Origin: an uncultured Gammaproteobacteria bacterium
Lineage (GTDB): Bacteria; Patescibacteriota; Patescibacteriia; UBA1558; GWA2-36-10
Reading direction: 5' to 3'
NCBI GenBank assembly: GCA_964515785.1
Contig: CAZEWH010000002.1
Location: forward strand, 30,182-94,181
Length of the DNA stretch: 64,000 nucleotides
Shown: in pieces, positions 1 through 8,685 of the stretch
How the letters are laid out: the number at the start of each line of letters is the position of its first letter
Numbering within the stretch: position 1 is the first letter of the stretch
Position numbers and translations under genes: made by a program
The notes under the pieces: model-generated
The model's input: the letters and a program-made list of their open reading frames with translations, nothing else
What the model was told of the DNA's origin: nothing
Database searches by the model: none

Positions 1-307
1 AGAAGTGGTCAAAGATGTTATCTGCATTCTTCGTGAAGATGAGTTGGATACTGGTGGTACAGCGTCTTATACTTGTCGTGATCTTATGCGAGCAGGCGCT
101 TACTTTGTAGAGTTGGTAGTAACTCACATGAAGTGTTCACCCACTTGGAAGCGCAAAATAGTTCGTAACAGTCCTTTTCATAGGATCTATGGTGGTGACA
201 CCATATATCGTGAGTACCAGGATCGAACTGGTGGTTTGGTAGTTGATATCAGTACTGATGTCATCATTGCCGAAAAATTGGCTGAGGTTCTTGATTCTCT
301 AGAATAA
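1..307 (+). CDS. C-terminal fragment of a hypothetical protein; the ORF is open to the window start (GTG at 5 is only the first in-frame start codon, codon 2-4 upstream is sense)
   Basis: Open frame from position 2 to TAA at 305-307. About 45% GC against ~30% for core genes. Followed by a hairpin terminator. Product not recognised. Confidence 0.35.
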   Translation, partial: EVVKDVICILREDELDTGGTASYTCRDLMRAGAYFVELVVTHMKCSPTWKRKIVRNSPFHRIYGGDTIYREYQDRTGGLVVDISTDVIIAEKLAEVLDSLE

Positions 308-312
308 AAAAC

Positions 313-343
313 ACCCGTCAAGATAAAACTTGACGGGTTTTTG
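313..343. terminator. Intrinsic terminator hairpin (acccgtcaag-ataaaa-cttgacgggt) with a flanking A-run and T-run; likely bidirectional
   Basis: Perfect 10-bp stem and 6-nt loop, then TTTTT on + and AAAAA upstream. Sits between convergent ORFs 1..307(+) and 347..970(-). Confidence 0.65.
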
Positions 344-346
344 ATT

Positions 347-970
347 TCAATGAACTCTGAAATCAAAAGGTACTGAGGTCGTGGTCTTGACCGGCTGATT
401 GCGTTGTTTACCAGGCTTGAACTTCCATTTCCAAGCAGCTCTGATGGCTTCATCAACCAGCGTTTGTGGAGCAGTAGTGCTCAAGACTTCGACACCAAAG
501 ACTTTGCCTCGTTCATCGACCATGATCAGGACCATGACCAATCCCTCCATGGCAGCTTCTCGAGCCATTTCAGGATAACGGGGTTTGGCCTTGTAGGTGA
601 CAACTGGTGCTTCATCAAAGGCATAAAAGGTTTTGGGACCTTCTAGCTTACCCATGTCTCTTGGCAGAGGCATGTCGTCCAGATTATCCCAGCTGGTGTC
701 TTCGATAGTTTCGTCGTCTGAAGCATCGTCAGAGACTATCATTTGGTATGGCACCTTGGGCATCTTGATTTCCTGCGGCATAGGCGGGATTTCAATGTCG
801 TCAGGAATATCGACCATTTCCATGGTTTCTTGTTCAAGATGATAGGGGGTTGGTCTAAATTCTGGAGTAAAGGTGAAGGCTGATGTTAGCAATAAGACTG
901 CCAACAGACCACAAAAGATCACAATTTTTCTGTAACCTTTTTTGATTTTCTGTTGCTTAGTCATAATCAT
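347..970 (-). CDS. TonB C-terminal domain protein (energy transducer TonB-like): N-terminal membrane anchor, Pro-rich acidic linker, TonB_C-like C-terminus
   Basis: N-terminal hydrophobic anchor (IVIFCGLLAVLLLTSAF). Pro/Glu/Asp-rich spacer (IPPMPQEIKMPKVP). C-terminus YPEMAREAAMEGLVMVLIMVDERGKV...FDFRV, typical of the TonB C-terminal fold. Higher GC than the core. Confidence 0.6.
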   Translation of the reverse strand: MIMTKQQKIKKGYRKIVIFCGLLAVLLLTSAFTFTPEFRPTPYHLEQETMEMVDIPDDIEIPPMPQEIKMPKVPYQMIVSDDASDDETIEDTSWDNLDDMPLPRDMGKLEGPKTFYAFDEAPVVTYKAKPRYPEMAREAAMEGLVMVLIMVDERGKVFGVEVLSTTAPQTLVDEAIRAAWKWKFKPGKQRNQPVKTTTSVPFDFRVH

Positions 971-1040
971 GACTAAACCTCCTTGTAAAGTACGTAGTTG
1001 TGGGACACTTTTAATATGACATTTTTAATATATTTTGTCA

Positions 1041-1087
1041 ACACGTAAAGCCACGTAAAAGTGTTACACACTCACGTGGCCACGTGT
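1041..1087. promoter_or_regulatory. Imperfect inverted repeat acacgtaaagccacgt ... acgtggccacgtgt (CACGTG-containing) upstream of the TonB-like gene; candidate operator
   Basis: Left arm 1041-1056 and right arm 1074-1087 are reverse complements except for a 2-4 nt internal difference. Lies just upstream of a TTGACA-like -35 (minus strand, ~1035-1040) for the gene starting at 970. Confidence 0.3.
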
Positions 1088-1097
1088 TTTAAATAAA

Positions 1098-1128
1098 TAA
1101 AAAACCGGGGCTGCATTGCAGCACCCGG
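1098..1128 (-). terminator. Intrinsic terminator for minus-strand ORF 1148..1459 (ccgggtgctgcaatgcagccccgg + T-run on minus)
   Basis: GC stem of about 11 bp with one bulge, followed on the minus strand by TTTTTTATTTATTT. Confidence 0.6.
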
Positions 1129-1147
1129 CTTGGGAGGGGTTGGAGGA

Positions 1148-1459
1148 TCAGAGCTGTCCTTGCTGACGATCATAGACCATGCAGGGGAAATCTCCGGGCA
1201 GGTCGATTTGCATGTCGATGCCGTTTGTCATCGTGACATGCATAGAGACATGAGTAGGATGGTCGAGCTGCCAGTCACAGAGACTGGCATATCGCAGCCA
1301 GATTTCCTCGTCATTGATATCACCAGATTCTGCCATAGCCACTTTGATGATCATGGATTTGTCAGGGTCCAGATCAAGCTCGGCCAGGGTGGTGATAGTG
1401 AAGAAACCGTCGTCTGTGTTCCTCTGAAGCATTTCGCGAGCCTGATTGTAGGGATACAT
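1148..1459 (-). CDS. Hypothetical protein (103 aa), acidic, no TM segment
   Basis: AGGAGA Shine-Dalgarno 6 nt upstream of the ATG (revcomp of 1462-1472). Its own terminator at 1098-1128. Higher GC. The overlapping + ORF 1130..1489 lacks these signals. Confidence 0.45.
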   Translation of the reverse strand: MYPYNQAREMLQRNTDDGFFTITTLAELDLDPDKSMIIKVAMAESGDINDEEIWLRYASLCDWQLDHPTHVSMHVTMTNGIDMQIDLPGDFPCMVYDRQQGQL

Positions 1460-1678
1460 ATCAGTTCTCCTGTAGTGAATGGTTTGTAGCCATGCACTTT
1501 CAGGAATATTCGTGAATCTTCAGAAGCGTACTTCTTGAAAGCGCATTTCAGTGTGAAATTGGGGTTTAGTTAGATAGTCGAAATTTCCAGCGCATTCTGA
1601 GCCTCCTTGTGGAGTAAAAAAGGGCAATGAATGAATTATTTAATAATAGCATATTTTAGCTATTTTGTCAAGGATAAG

Positions 1679-1707
1679 TTGTTTTTTAGTATTAATTCTG
1701 TTATAAT
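1679..1707 (+). promoter_or_regulatory. Candidate sigma70 promoter (TTGTTT-N17-TATAAT) for the S8 protease gene
   Basis: TATAAT at 1702-1707 and a -35-like hexamer 17 nt upstream, about 30 nt before the GTG start at 1736. Confidence 0.3.
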
Positions 1708-1735
1708 TTAAGCAAATTATTAAACAAAAAAGCCT

Positions 1736-3757
1736 GTGTTATCTATAAAAAAGATAGCTTTATTTAGCATATTTTCTTTGCTAATAGCTAATATAGCGTA
1801 TGGTTTTTCTCAAGACTATACACCAGAAGATCCAAGTTTATATCATCAGACAGCTTATTTTGATTTGATGAATATAAAACCAAGCTGGTCCAATGATCAT
1901 CAAATAAATAAAGAAATAGTTATAGCTGTTTTAGACTCTGGTGTAGATTTAGATCATCCTGATTTGCTCAACAATCTCTGGAAAAATACTGGAGAAATAC
2001 CAGGCGATGGCATAGACAATGACGAAAATAGTTATATTGATGATATAGATGGCTGGGATTTTATGTCCAGTGACAATAGTCCTGAACCAGATTTGACAGA
2101 AGGATATGACAAAACTGCAGTCAATCATGGTACAGTAGTAGCTGGTATTATTGCAGCTACTGCCAATGATCAAGGTATTGTTGGTATTACTCCTCAAGCC
2201 AAAATAATGCCACTCAAAATTTTGGACGAAACAGGTAAAGGAAATACCTTGGTTTTATCTCAAGCAATTGACTATGCTGTAGAAAATGGTGCTGACATTA
2301 TAAATTTGAGTTTAGTAGGAGATACTTTTACTGAGCATTTAAATGAAGCTATTGCTAATGCTTATAATAATGGTGTGATGATTATTGCTGCTTCTGGTAA
2401 TGAAGATGAAGATGGATTAAATTTAGACATTGATCCGCGTTATCCTGTCTGTGATATAGAAGGTATAAATAGAGTTTTGGGAGTAGCAGCTGTAGATCAA
2501 GATCTAAAACTAACTGAATTTTCAAATTTTGGAAAAGAGTGTATTGATATATCTGCTCCTGGTACTGGTTTTTATTCAACAAATTTTCAAAAAGCTAGTA
2601 CTACAGATTTTCAAACTTATTATTCCAATGGTTGGAATGGTACTTCAGTCGCCGCACCAGTGATTTCTGCAACCGCTGCTCTTATCAAAATGAATTATCC
2701 TGAGCTACGACCTTTTGATATTTATAATATTTTGACAGACAGTACTAAAAGTTTGCAAGCTGCCAATCCTACTCATTATCTTGAGATGGGTACTGGTTTG
2801 ATAGATATTGGTGCAGCTTTAAACTTGGCAAATGATTATGCAAATCAAGCTATTAGGATAGTGGTGGCACCACAAAAGGATCTGGCTCCTGAGATTTTGG
2901 TCATGGATACCAAAGGAAATTTACAGAATTCTTGGCTAGCTTATAGTGAACATTTCAAAGGCGGCGTAAATGTAGCTATAGGTGATGTACATGGAGATGA
3001 TGCTCAAGAGGTTGTTACTGCTCCCAAAAAAGGCGGCGGACCACATATTAGAGTTTTTGATAGTAGGGGCAATATGATTTCAGAATTTTTTGCCTATATG
3101 GCTAGTTTTCATGGAGGAGTCAATATTGCTGTAGCTGATGTAAACAATGACGGTATAGACGAAATTATTACTGCTCCAGGGCCAGGCGGCGGACCACATA
3201 TAAAAGTTTTTGATAAATCTGGTAAAATGTTGACAGAATTTTTTGCTTATAGTGCTAGCTTTGATGGAGGAGTAAATGTAGCCACTGGTGATGTCAACAA
3301 TGACGGTGTTGATGAAATAGTTTTGGCACCTTATAGTAATTATAGCCCACATATAAAAGTTTTTAATAATAAACGTGAACTAAAAGGTAGTTTTATGGCT
3401 TTTGATAGATCTATGACTAGTGGTATAAATATTACTATTGGTGATGTCAACAATGATCAATGGCCAGAGATTGTAGCTACTCCACGTACAGGTCATGCTC
3501 CTGACATAAAATTATTTAGTCTCAAAGGTCGAGACAAAGGAGGATTTTTACCTTATAGTCAATATTTGACAAGTGGTATTGAAATTGTAGCTAGTGATAT
3601 TACTGGTGATGGACGACCAGAGATTATTGCTTTGCCAAACAAAGGCGGAGCTGCTCTACTAAAAGTTTATGATTATAATGGTTTAGAAAAAAATAGTCTT
3701 TATTTACGTAGTCCAGAAGACAAAAATGGTTACAATTTTGGTATCTTAGGTAAATAA
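1736..3757 (+). CDS. Secreted subtilisin-like serine protease (peptidase S8) fused to a C-terminal FG-GAP/beta-propeller repeat region
   Basis: GTG start. Signal peptide (IALFSIFSLLIANIAYG). Catalytic D (VLDSGVDLDHPDL), H (NHGTVVAGIIAA) and S (GTSVAAPVISATAAL) motifs. Six to seven repeats of GGVNVAxGDVNNDGxDEIVxAP...PHIKVFD typical of FG-GAP. Confidence 0.85.
   Translation: MLSIKKIALFSIFSLLIANIAYGFSQDYTPEDPSLYHQTAYFDLMNIKPSWSNDHQINKEIVIAVLDSGVDLDHPDLLNNLWKNTGEIPGDGIDNDENSYIDDIDGWDFMSSDNSPEPDLTEGYDKTAVNHGTVVAGIIAATANDQGIVGITPQAKIMPLKILDETGKGNTLVLSQAIDYAVENGADIINLSLVGDTFTEHLNEAIANAYNNGVMIIAASGNEDEDGLNLDIDPRYPVCDIEGINRVLGVAAVDQDLKLTEFSNFGKECIDISAPGTGFYSTNFQKASTTDFQTYYSNGWNGTSVAAPVISATAALIKMNYPELRPFDIYNILTDSTKSLQAANPTHYLEMGTGLIDIGAALNLANDYANQAIRIVVAPQKDLAPEILVMDTKGNLQNSWLAYSEHFKGGVNVAIGDVHGDDAQEVVTAPKKGGGPHIRVFDSRGNMISEFFAYMASFHGGVNIAVADVNNDGIDEIITAPGPGGGPHIKVFDKSGKMLTEFFAYSASFDGGVNVATGDVNNDGVDEIVLAPYSNYSPHIKVFNNKRELKGSFMAFDRSMTSGINITIGDVNNDQWPEIVATPRTGHAPDIKLFSLKGRDKGGFLPYSQYLTSGIEIVASDITGDGRPEIIALPNKGGAALLKVYDYNGLEKNSLYLRSPEDKNGYNFGILGK
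2918..3686 (+). repeat. Tandem coding repeats (~150 nt unit) of the FG-GAP propeller blades inside the S8 protease gene
   Basis: Near-identical DNA stretches, e.g. ggcggcggaccacatattagagtttttgat (about 3036) and ggcggcggaccacatataaaagtttttgat (about 3186). Protein blades 2 and 3 are >70% identical. Confidence 0.6.
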
Positions 3758-3758
3758 T

Positions 3759-4457
3759 ATGCAAATTTCTGTGGTGATTCCTTGTTATAATGAATCTCAG
3801 GTTATAGTAGAGACAGTAAAAAAAATAAAAAGTTTTTTAATCAAAAATTATTCAGATTTTGAGATTATAGTTGTAGACGACAAATCTACTGATAATACTT
3901 TAGAGATTGTAAGCCAGATAAATAATATAAAAGTTTTACGCAATCTAAAAAACCATGGCAAAGGTTATTCTGTCAAAAAAGGAGTAAGAGCCGCAAGAGG
4001 AGAATGGATTTTATTTATGGATGCTGATAGCTCTACAGATATTAGTGAATTAAATAAATTATCAAAATATCAAGATAAATATAAATTAATAATCGGCTCC
4101 CGAGCTCTACCTGATTCTGATGTAAAAATAAAACAGTCACTATTTAAAATATTATTAGGCAAATTAGGTAATTTATTAGTTAGAACAATATTAGTAACAG
4201 ATATTCGTGATACACAATGTGGTTTTAAATTATTTCATACAGATTTGAAAAATTTGTTTAATAAATTGACTATTTCAGATTGGGGATTTGATTTTGAACT
4301 TATTTGGTTAGCTAAAAAAAATAATTTTAAAATCAAAGAAGTAGGTATAATTTGGTACAATCATCAAGATTCCAAAGTTAAATGGTATGCTTATCTGATT
4401 ACTTTAACCCAAGTATTTAAAGTAAGATTAAATATTTTAATAAATAAATATAAATAA
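3759..4457 (+). CDS. GT2 family glycosyltransferase, polyprenol-phosphate (Dpm1/GtrB-like) sugar transferase
   Basis: VVIPCYNE ... VVDDKSTDNT ... FMDADSS(TD) GT2 A-fold motifs; 232 aa, soluble. Confidence 0.8.
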   Translation: MQISVVIPCYNESQVIVETVKKIKSFLIKNYSDFEIIVVDDKSTDNTLEIVSQINNIKVLRNLKNHGKGYSVKKGVRAARGEWILFMDADSSTDISELNKLSKYQDKYKLIIGSRALPDSDVKIKQSLFKILLGKLGNLLVRTILVTDIRDTQCGFKLFHTDLKNLFNKLTISDWGFDFELIWLAKKNNFKIKEVGIIWYNHQDSKVKWYAYLITLTQVFKVRLNILINKYK

Positions 4458-4463
4458 AATTAT

Positions 4464-5498
4464 ATGACAACAAAAGTTTATTTTGAAAACAAAAACGTTT
4501 TGGTATTAGGAGGAGCTGGATTCATCGGATCATATTTGTGTGAAGAATTGGTCAAAAATGGTGATCAAGTGATTTGTGTTGATAATTTTGTTTCTTCTGA
4601 TGTAGAAAATATTCGTTCTTTATTAGAGTATCCAAATTTTGAATTTATCAAACATGATATTACTGAAGATATAGATTATGAGACTTTGCCTGGTTTGAGA
4701 AAATTTAAAGTTGATGGTCAAGGTATTCAAGAAATTTATAATTTGGCTTGTCCAACTGCACCAAAAGATTTTACAAAGTTTCCTATCAAAACAGCCATGG
4801 CCAATTCTATAGGTGTGATAAAGAGTTTGGAGACTGCCAAACAATACAAAGCTCGTTATTTGTTGGCTTCTACTTCAGCTGTCTATGGTGAGCCACCAAA
4901 AGATGGTTCTGCTATCAAAGAGAATTATTATGGTTTACTTGATTATTTAGGACCACGAGCTTGTTACAATGAAGGTAAACGTTTTGCTGAAACATTGATC
5001 ATGACTTATCGTGATACTTATCAGCTCAATACTAGTATTGCTCGTATTTTTGGTACTTATGGACCAAGGATGCTGCAGCATTCTGGTCGTCAAATCCCTG
5101 ATTTTATTAGATCAGCTGTAGACAATCAAGATATAGAAATTGCTGGTGATGACAAAGCTGCATCTACTTTTTGTTATGTCAAAGATATAGTTGAAGGTAT
5201 GATATCATTGATGGCTTCTGAGGTATCTGATCCTATCAATTTAGGTAGTCCTCATACAAGTACTTATACAGCCATGGCTAATACAATTATTGCTTTGACA
5301 AATTCAACCTCTAAGATTACTTATACTGAGGGTCTGAAGTTTGCTAGTCAGCGTCCTACACCAGATATTTCCAAAGCCAAAGAAGAGCTTAATTGGTTAC
5401 CATTGGTGTCCAATGAGGATGGGCTTAAAGAAGCTATTGATTATTTTAAAGCTACTGCTATATTACATGGTCCGCGTTTAGATCAAGACGAAGAATAA
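4464..5498 (+). CDS. NAD-dependent epimerase/dehydratase (SDR), UDP-glucuronate decarboxylase (UXS)-like
   Basis: GGAGFIGSYLCEEL Rossmann motif, VDNF motif, YxxxK region (YNEGKRFAE). Size and layout match the UXS/ArnA C-terminal family. Confidence 0.65.
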   Translation: MTTKVYFENKNVLVLGGAGFIGSYLCEELVKNGDQVICVDNFVSSDVENIRSLLEYPNFEFIKHDITEDIDYETLPGLRKFKVDGQGIQEIYNLACPTAPKDFTKFPIKTAMANSIGVIKSLETAKQYKARYLLASTSAVYGEPPKDGSAIKENYYGLLDYLGPRACYNEGKRFAETLIMTYRDTYQLNTSIARIFGTYGPRMLQHSGRQIPDFIRSAVDNQDIEIAGDDKAASTFCYVKDIVEGMISLMASEVSDPINLGSPHTSTYTAMANTIIALTNSTSKITYTEGLKFASQRPTPDISKAKEELNWLPLVSNEDGLKEAIDYFKATAILHGPRLDQDEE

Positions 5499-5499
5499 A

Positions 5500-6162
5500 A
5501 TGAAAATATTTATTATCATCCCAGCCTGGAATGAGGAGGAGAGGATTGCTGTAGTTTTAGAGCAACTTTGTGCTTTAGATTATAAAATAATTGTAGTGGA
5601 TGATGGTTCTAGTGATCAGACATACAAGATAGCTAGTAGCTATCCAGTTACTTTGTTGCGTCATAAAATAAATCGTATTCAAGGAGCTGCTTTGCAAACA
5701 GGTAATGATTATGCTCTAGCAAGAGGAGCTGATATTATTGTTCATTTTGATGCTGATGGACAATTTTTAGTTGATGAAATAAAAGATGTTGTTCAACCGA
5801 TTTTAGATAATCAAGCTGATATTGTTTTTGGCTCTAGATTTTTGGACAAGAAATCTGAAATTCCTTGGCTCAAAGAAAAAATTTATTTTCCGATTGGTAG
5901 AATTATAAATAGAGTTTTGTTTGGCATCAAATCTTCAGATCCACAGAGTGGTTTTCGAGCTATGACTGGTCAAACTGCTCGCAAAATCAGGATAGAACAG
6001 GACGATTTTTCTCATTGTACTGAGATTATGGCCAAAGCTTTTGAATATAAATTACGCATCAAAGAAGTACCGATCACAGTTGTTTATCATCGTTTTGGTC
6101 AAAATTTAGCTGGCGGTATTAAGATTGTCAAAGATTTATTGTTTAGTAAAATAATCAAATAA
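5500..6162 (+). CDS. GT2 family glycosyltransferase (GtrB/ArnC-like polyprenol-phosphate glycosyltransferase)
   Basis: IIIPAWNEEERI ... VVDDGSSDQT ... HFDADGQ motifs. Confidence 0.8.
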   Translation: MKIFIIIPAWNEEERIAVVLEQLCALDYKIIVVDDGSSDQTYKIASSYPVTLLRHKINRIQGAALQTGNDYALARGADIIVHFDADGQFLVDEIKDVVQPILDNQADIVFGSRFLDKKSEIPWLKEKIYFPIGRIINRVLFGIKSSDPQSGFRAMTGQTARKIRIEQDDFSHCTEIMAKAFEYKLRIKEVPITVVYHRFGQNLAGGIKIVKDLLFSKIIK

Positions 6163-6165
6163 ATT

Positions 6166-6498
6166 ATGCTGTATTTACAAATTTTAGTTAGTCTATTTAT
6201 AGTCATTATTCTTTTTAAGTTATTTAAACAGCGGCAAGCAAGTAAAATATCTACCAAATCTTTTTTATTATGGATTATTTTATGGTTGATAATAGCTGTA
6301 GTTTTTTGGCAACCAGATACAACTAGTTATTTAGCAAATCTTTTTGGTGTACAACGAGGAGCTGATTTAGCTATCTATGTGTCTATTATAGTTATTTTGT
6401 ATCTATTATTTAGAATTTTTGTCAGATTAAATAAGATCGATTCAGATATTACCAAGCTTGTCAGAGAGGACGCTATCAAGCATGCCAAAGAAAAATAA
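6166..6498 (+). CDS. Small 3-TM membrane protein, DUF2304-like partner of GT2 enzymes
   Basis: 110 aa with three hydrophobic helices and a charged amphipathic C-terminal tail, immediately downstream of a GtrB-like GT2. This arrangement is typical of DUF2304. Confidence 0.45.
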   Translation: MLYLQILVSLFIVIILFKLFKQRQASKISTKSFLLWIILWLIIAVVFWQPDTTSYLANLFGVQRGADLAIYVSIIVILYLLFRIFVRLNKIDSDITKLVREDAIKHAKEK

Positions 6499-7534
6499 AA
6501 TAATTATTATTATACCTTCTTATAATGGCCAAAAATATTGGCCTGATTTATTGCCCACTTTAGTTAAAGAAGACTATGCTGATTTTGATTTAGAAATTGT
6601 AATAGTTGATAATAACTCTCAAGACAATTCAGCTGATTATATAGAACAAAAATTTCCAAGTATTACAGTTATTCGTAATCAAGAAAATACTGGTTATGTA
6701 GGAGCCAACAATATTGGCTATGATTATGCCAAAGATAAAAACGCAGATTTTATTTATTTACTCAATCAAGATACAGAAGTTACTCCAGGCTGGTTACAGC
6801 CTCTCTACAACTTTGCAACTACACATAAGTTTGGCAGTCTGCAATCTAAACTTTTATTACACTCAGATAAAAACAAAATAAATACTCTAGGAAATATAAT
6901 TCACTTTTTAGGTTTTGGTTATGGTCAAGATTCAGACAAGCCAGATAAAAAAAATCAAAGTATTAGTAAAATAAACTATGCTTCCGGAGCTGGAGATTTT
7001 ATTTCTATGCAGGCTTTAAAAAAGCGAGGATACTTGTTTGACGAAACAATGTTTATGTATATAGAAGATTTGGATCTTGGTTGGTCATTAAATTTATTGG
7101 GTTATGACAATTATCTTATTCCTGATTCTGTAGTTTATCATAAATATGAATTTGAGCGATCAATGAAACATGTTTATTGGTTTGAAAGAAACAGACTATG
7201 GGTGATGATAAAAAATTATAAATTATTAAGTTTAATAATTATTCTTCCGGCCTGGATTTTGATGGAACTAGGACAAATATTGTTTGCAATTAAGAATAAA
7301 TATTTAAGTCAAAAGCTAAAAGCTTATACTTGGCTATTTTCTATCAAACAATGGCGTATTTTACTCAAGAAAAGACGTTTGATACAATCATCTAGACAGA
7401 GGAGTGATAGACAAGTAGTAAAGAATTTTAGTGGTCAGATTTTATTTCAGCCACTAAATAGTGGTTTATTAAACATTGCTAATATTATTTTTGGTTTATA
7501 TTGGCAAATTATTAAATTATTTATTTTTTGGTAA
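6482..7534 (+). CDS. GT2 family glycosyltransferase with C-terminal membrane segments. The ORF track starts at 6458; MPKKNKIIIIIPSYNG at 6482 is the more likely start.
   Basis: IIIIIPSYNG ... IVIVDNNSQDNS ... YLLNQDT GT2 motifs; hydrophobic C-terminus. Confidence 0.7.
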   Translation: MPKKNKIIIIIPSYNGQKYWPDLLPTLVKEDYADFDLEIVIVDNNSQDNSADYIEQKFPSITVIRNQENTGYVGANNIGYDYAKDKNADFIYLLNQDTEVTPGWLQPLYNFATTHKFGSLQSKLLLHSDKNKINTLGNIIHFLGFGYGQDSDKPDKKNQSISKINYASGAGDFISMQALKKRGYLFDETMFMYIEDLDLGWSLNLLGYDNYLIPDSVVYHKYEFERSMKHVYWFERNRLWVMIKNYKLLSLIIILPAWILMELGQILFAIKNKYLSQKLKAYTWLFSIKQWRILLKKRRLIQSSRQRSDRQVVKNFSGQILFQPLNSGLLNIANIIFGLYWQIIKLFIFW

Positions 7535-8685
7535 TGCGTATTGCAGTAGTAACATCTACATTTCCTCCTTATAAAGCTGGCATTGGTAATGTGGCTTATT
7601 ATAATGCTTGGTCTTTGACCACGCTTGGTCATGAAGTAACCGTTTTTACACCACAATACAAAAAGATTTCTAGTCAGCATGTAGACGAATATCCTTTTAA
7701 AGTCCAACGTCTTCGTCCTTGGTTTAAATATGGCAATGCTGGTATTTTGCCACAATTGATTTGGAAGTTGTGGAATTTTGATATTATTCATTTGCATTAT
7801 CCTTTTTTTGGCGGCGCTGAGCTTATTTATTTTCTAGACAAAATAAAAGACTTTAAATTAATAGTGACTTATCACATGGATGTAGTAGGTACTGGTTTAT
7901 TGTCAAAGTTTTTCAAGTGGCACACTTCACATGTTTTACCAAAGATCTTAGATAAAGCCAATAAAGTAATTGTTACTTCTTGGGATTATGCTCGTTGTTC
8001 AAACATCAAAGACAGAGTAGAAGATGAGCCAGAAAAATTTGTAGCTATCCCTTGCGGAGTCAATCATTTGATTTATAAACCACGTTATCGTGATAAGACA
8101 TTATTAAACAAACATGATCTACATGGTAAAAAGATTGCTCTATTTGTTGGTGCTTTGGATAAAGCACATTATTTCAAGGGACTTAATATTTTGATACAAG
8201 CTATCAAAAAAATATCTGACAATGATGATTTTCGAGTATTAATAGTAGGTGATGGTGATCTTAAACAATCTTATATGAGTTTGGTAGATAGTCTTGGTTT
8301 GGGCAAAAAAATATTATTTTTGGGTTATATTCCGGATAATCTTTTACCAAAGTATTATAACTTAGCTGATATTTTAGTTTTACCATCTATAGATAAATCA
8401 GAAGCTTTTGGTATTGTATCTTTGGAAGCTATGTCTTCAGGTGTGCCTGTTATTACTTCTGATTTGGCTGGAGTACGTTCTGTGGTTAGCAAAAAGAAAA
8501 CAGGTCTACTAGTCAAACCAAGTAATGTTCAAAATCTAGCTGATATGATTCAATATTTATTAAATAATCCAAAGCTAGCTAAAGAATATGGTAAAGCTGG
8601 TCGAGCCAAGGTTTTGGAAAATTATACCTGGGAACAAATTGGTTATCAATTAGATAATTTGATAAGAAGTATTGCTAAAAAATGA
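7528..8685 (+). CDS. GT4 family (group 1) glycosyltransferase
   Basis: C-terminal E-x7-E region EAFGIVSLEAMSSGVPVITSDLAGVRSVV; GT-B architecture. Confidence 0.8.
   Translation: MVMRIAVVTSTFPPYKAGIGNVAYYNAWSLTTLGHEVTVFTPQYKKISSQHVDEYPFKVQRLRPWFKYGNAGILPQLIWKLWNFDIIHLHYPFFGGAELIYFLDKIKDFKLIVTYHMDVVGTGLLSKFFKWHTSHVLPKILDKANKVIVTSWDYARCSNIKDRVEDEPEKFVAIPCGVNHLIYKPRYRDKTLLNKHDLHGKKIALFVGALDKAHYFKGLNILIQAIKKISDNDDFRVLIVGDGDLKQSYMSLVDSLGLGKKILFLGYIPDNLLPKYYNLADILVLPSIDKSEAFGIVSLEAMSSGVPVITSDLAGVRSVVSKKKTGLLVKPSNVQNLADMIQYLLNNPKLAKEYGKAGRAKVLENYTWEQIGYQLDNLIRSIAKK

Noticed and set aside
187-842. Track ORFs 187..456(-), 404..646(+), 633..842(+) overlapping the TonB-like gene or the partial CDS
   Set aside because: All lie in alternative frames of stronger, motif-bearing ORFs and have low-complexity Ser/Gly-rich translations typical of out-of-frame reads.
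1130-1489. Plus-strand 119-aa ORF overlapping the minus-strand 103-aa ORF
   Set aside because: No SD and no terminator on the + strand. The minus-strand ORF has AGGAGA SD and a downstream hairpin + T-run. The + ORF composition (H/R/D-rich) looks like an antisense artefact.
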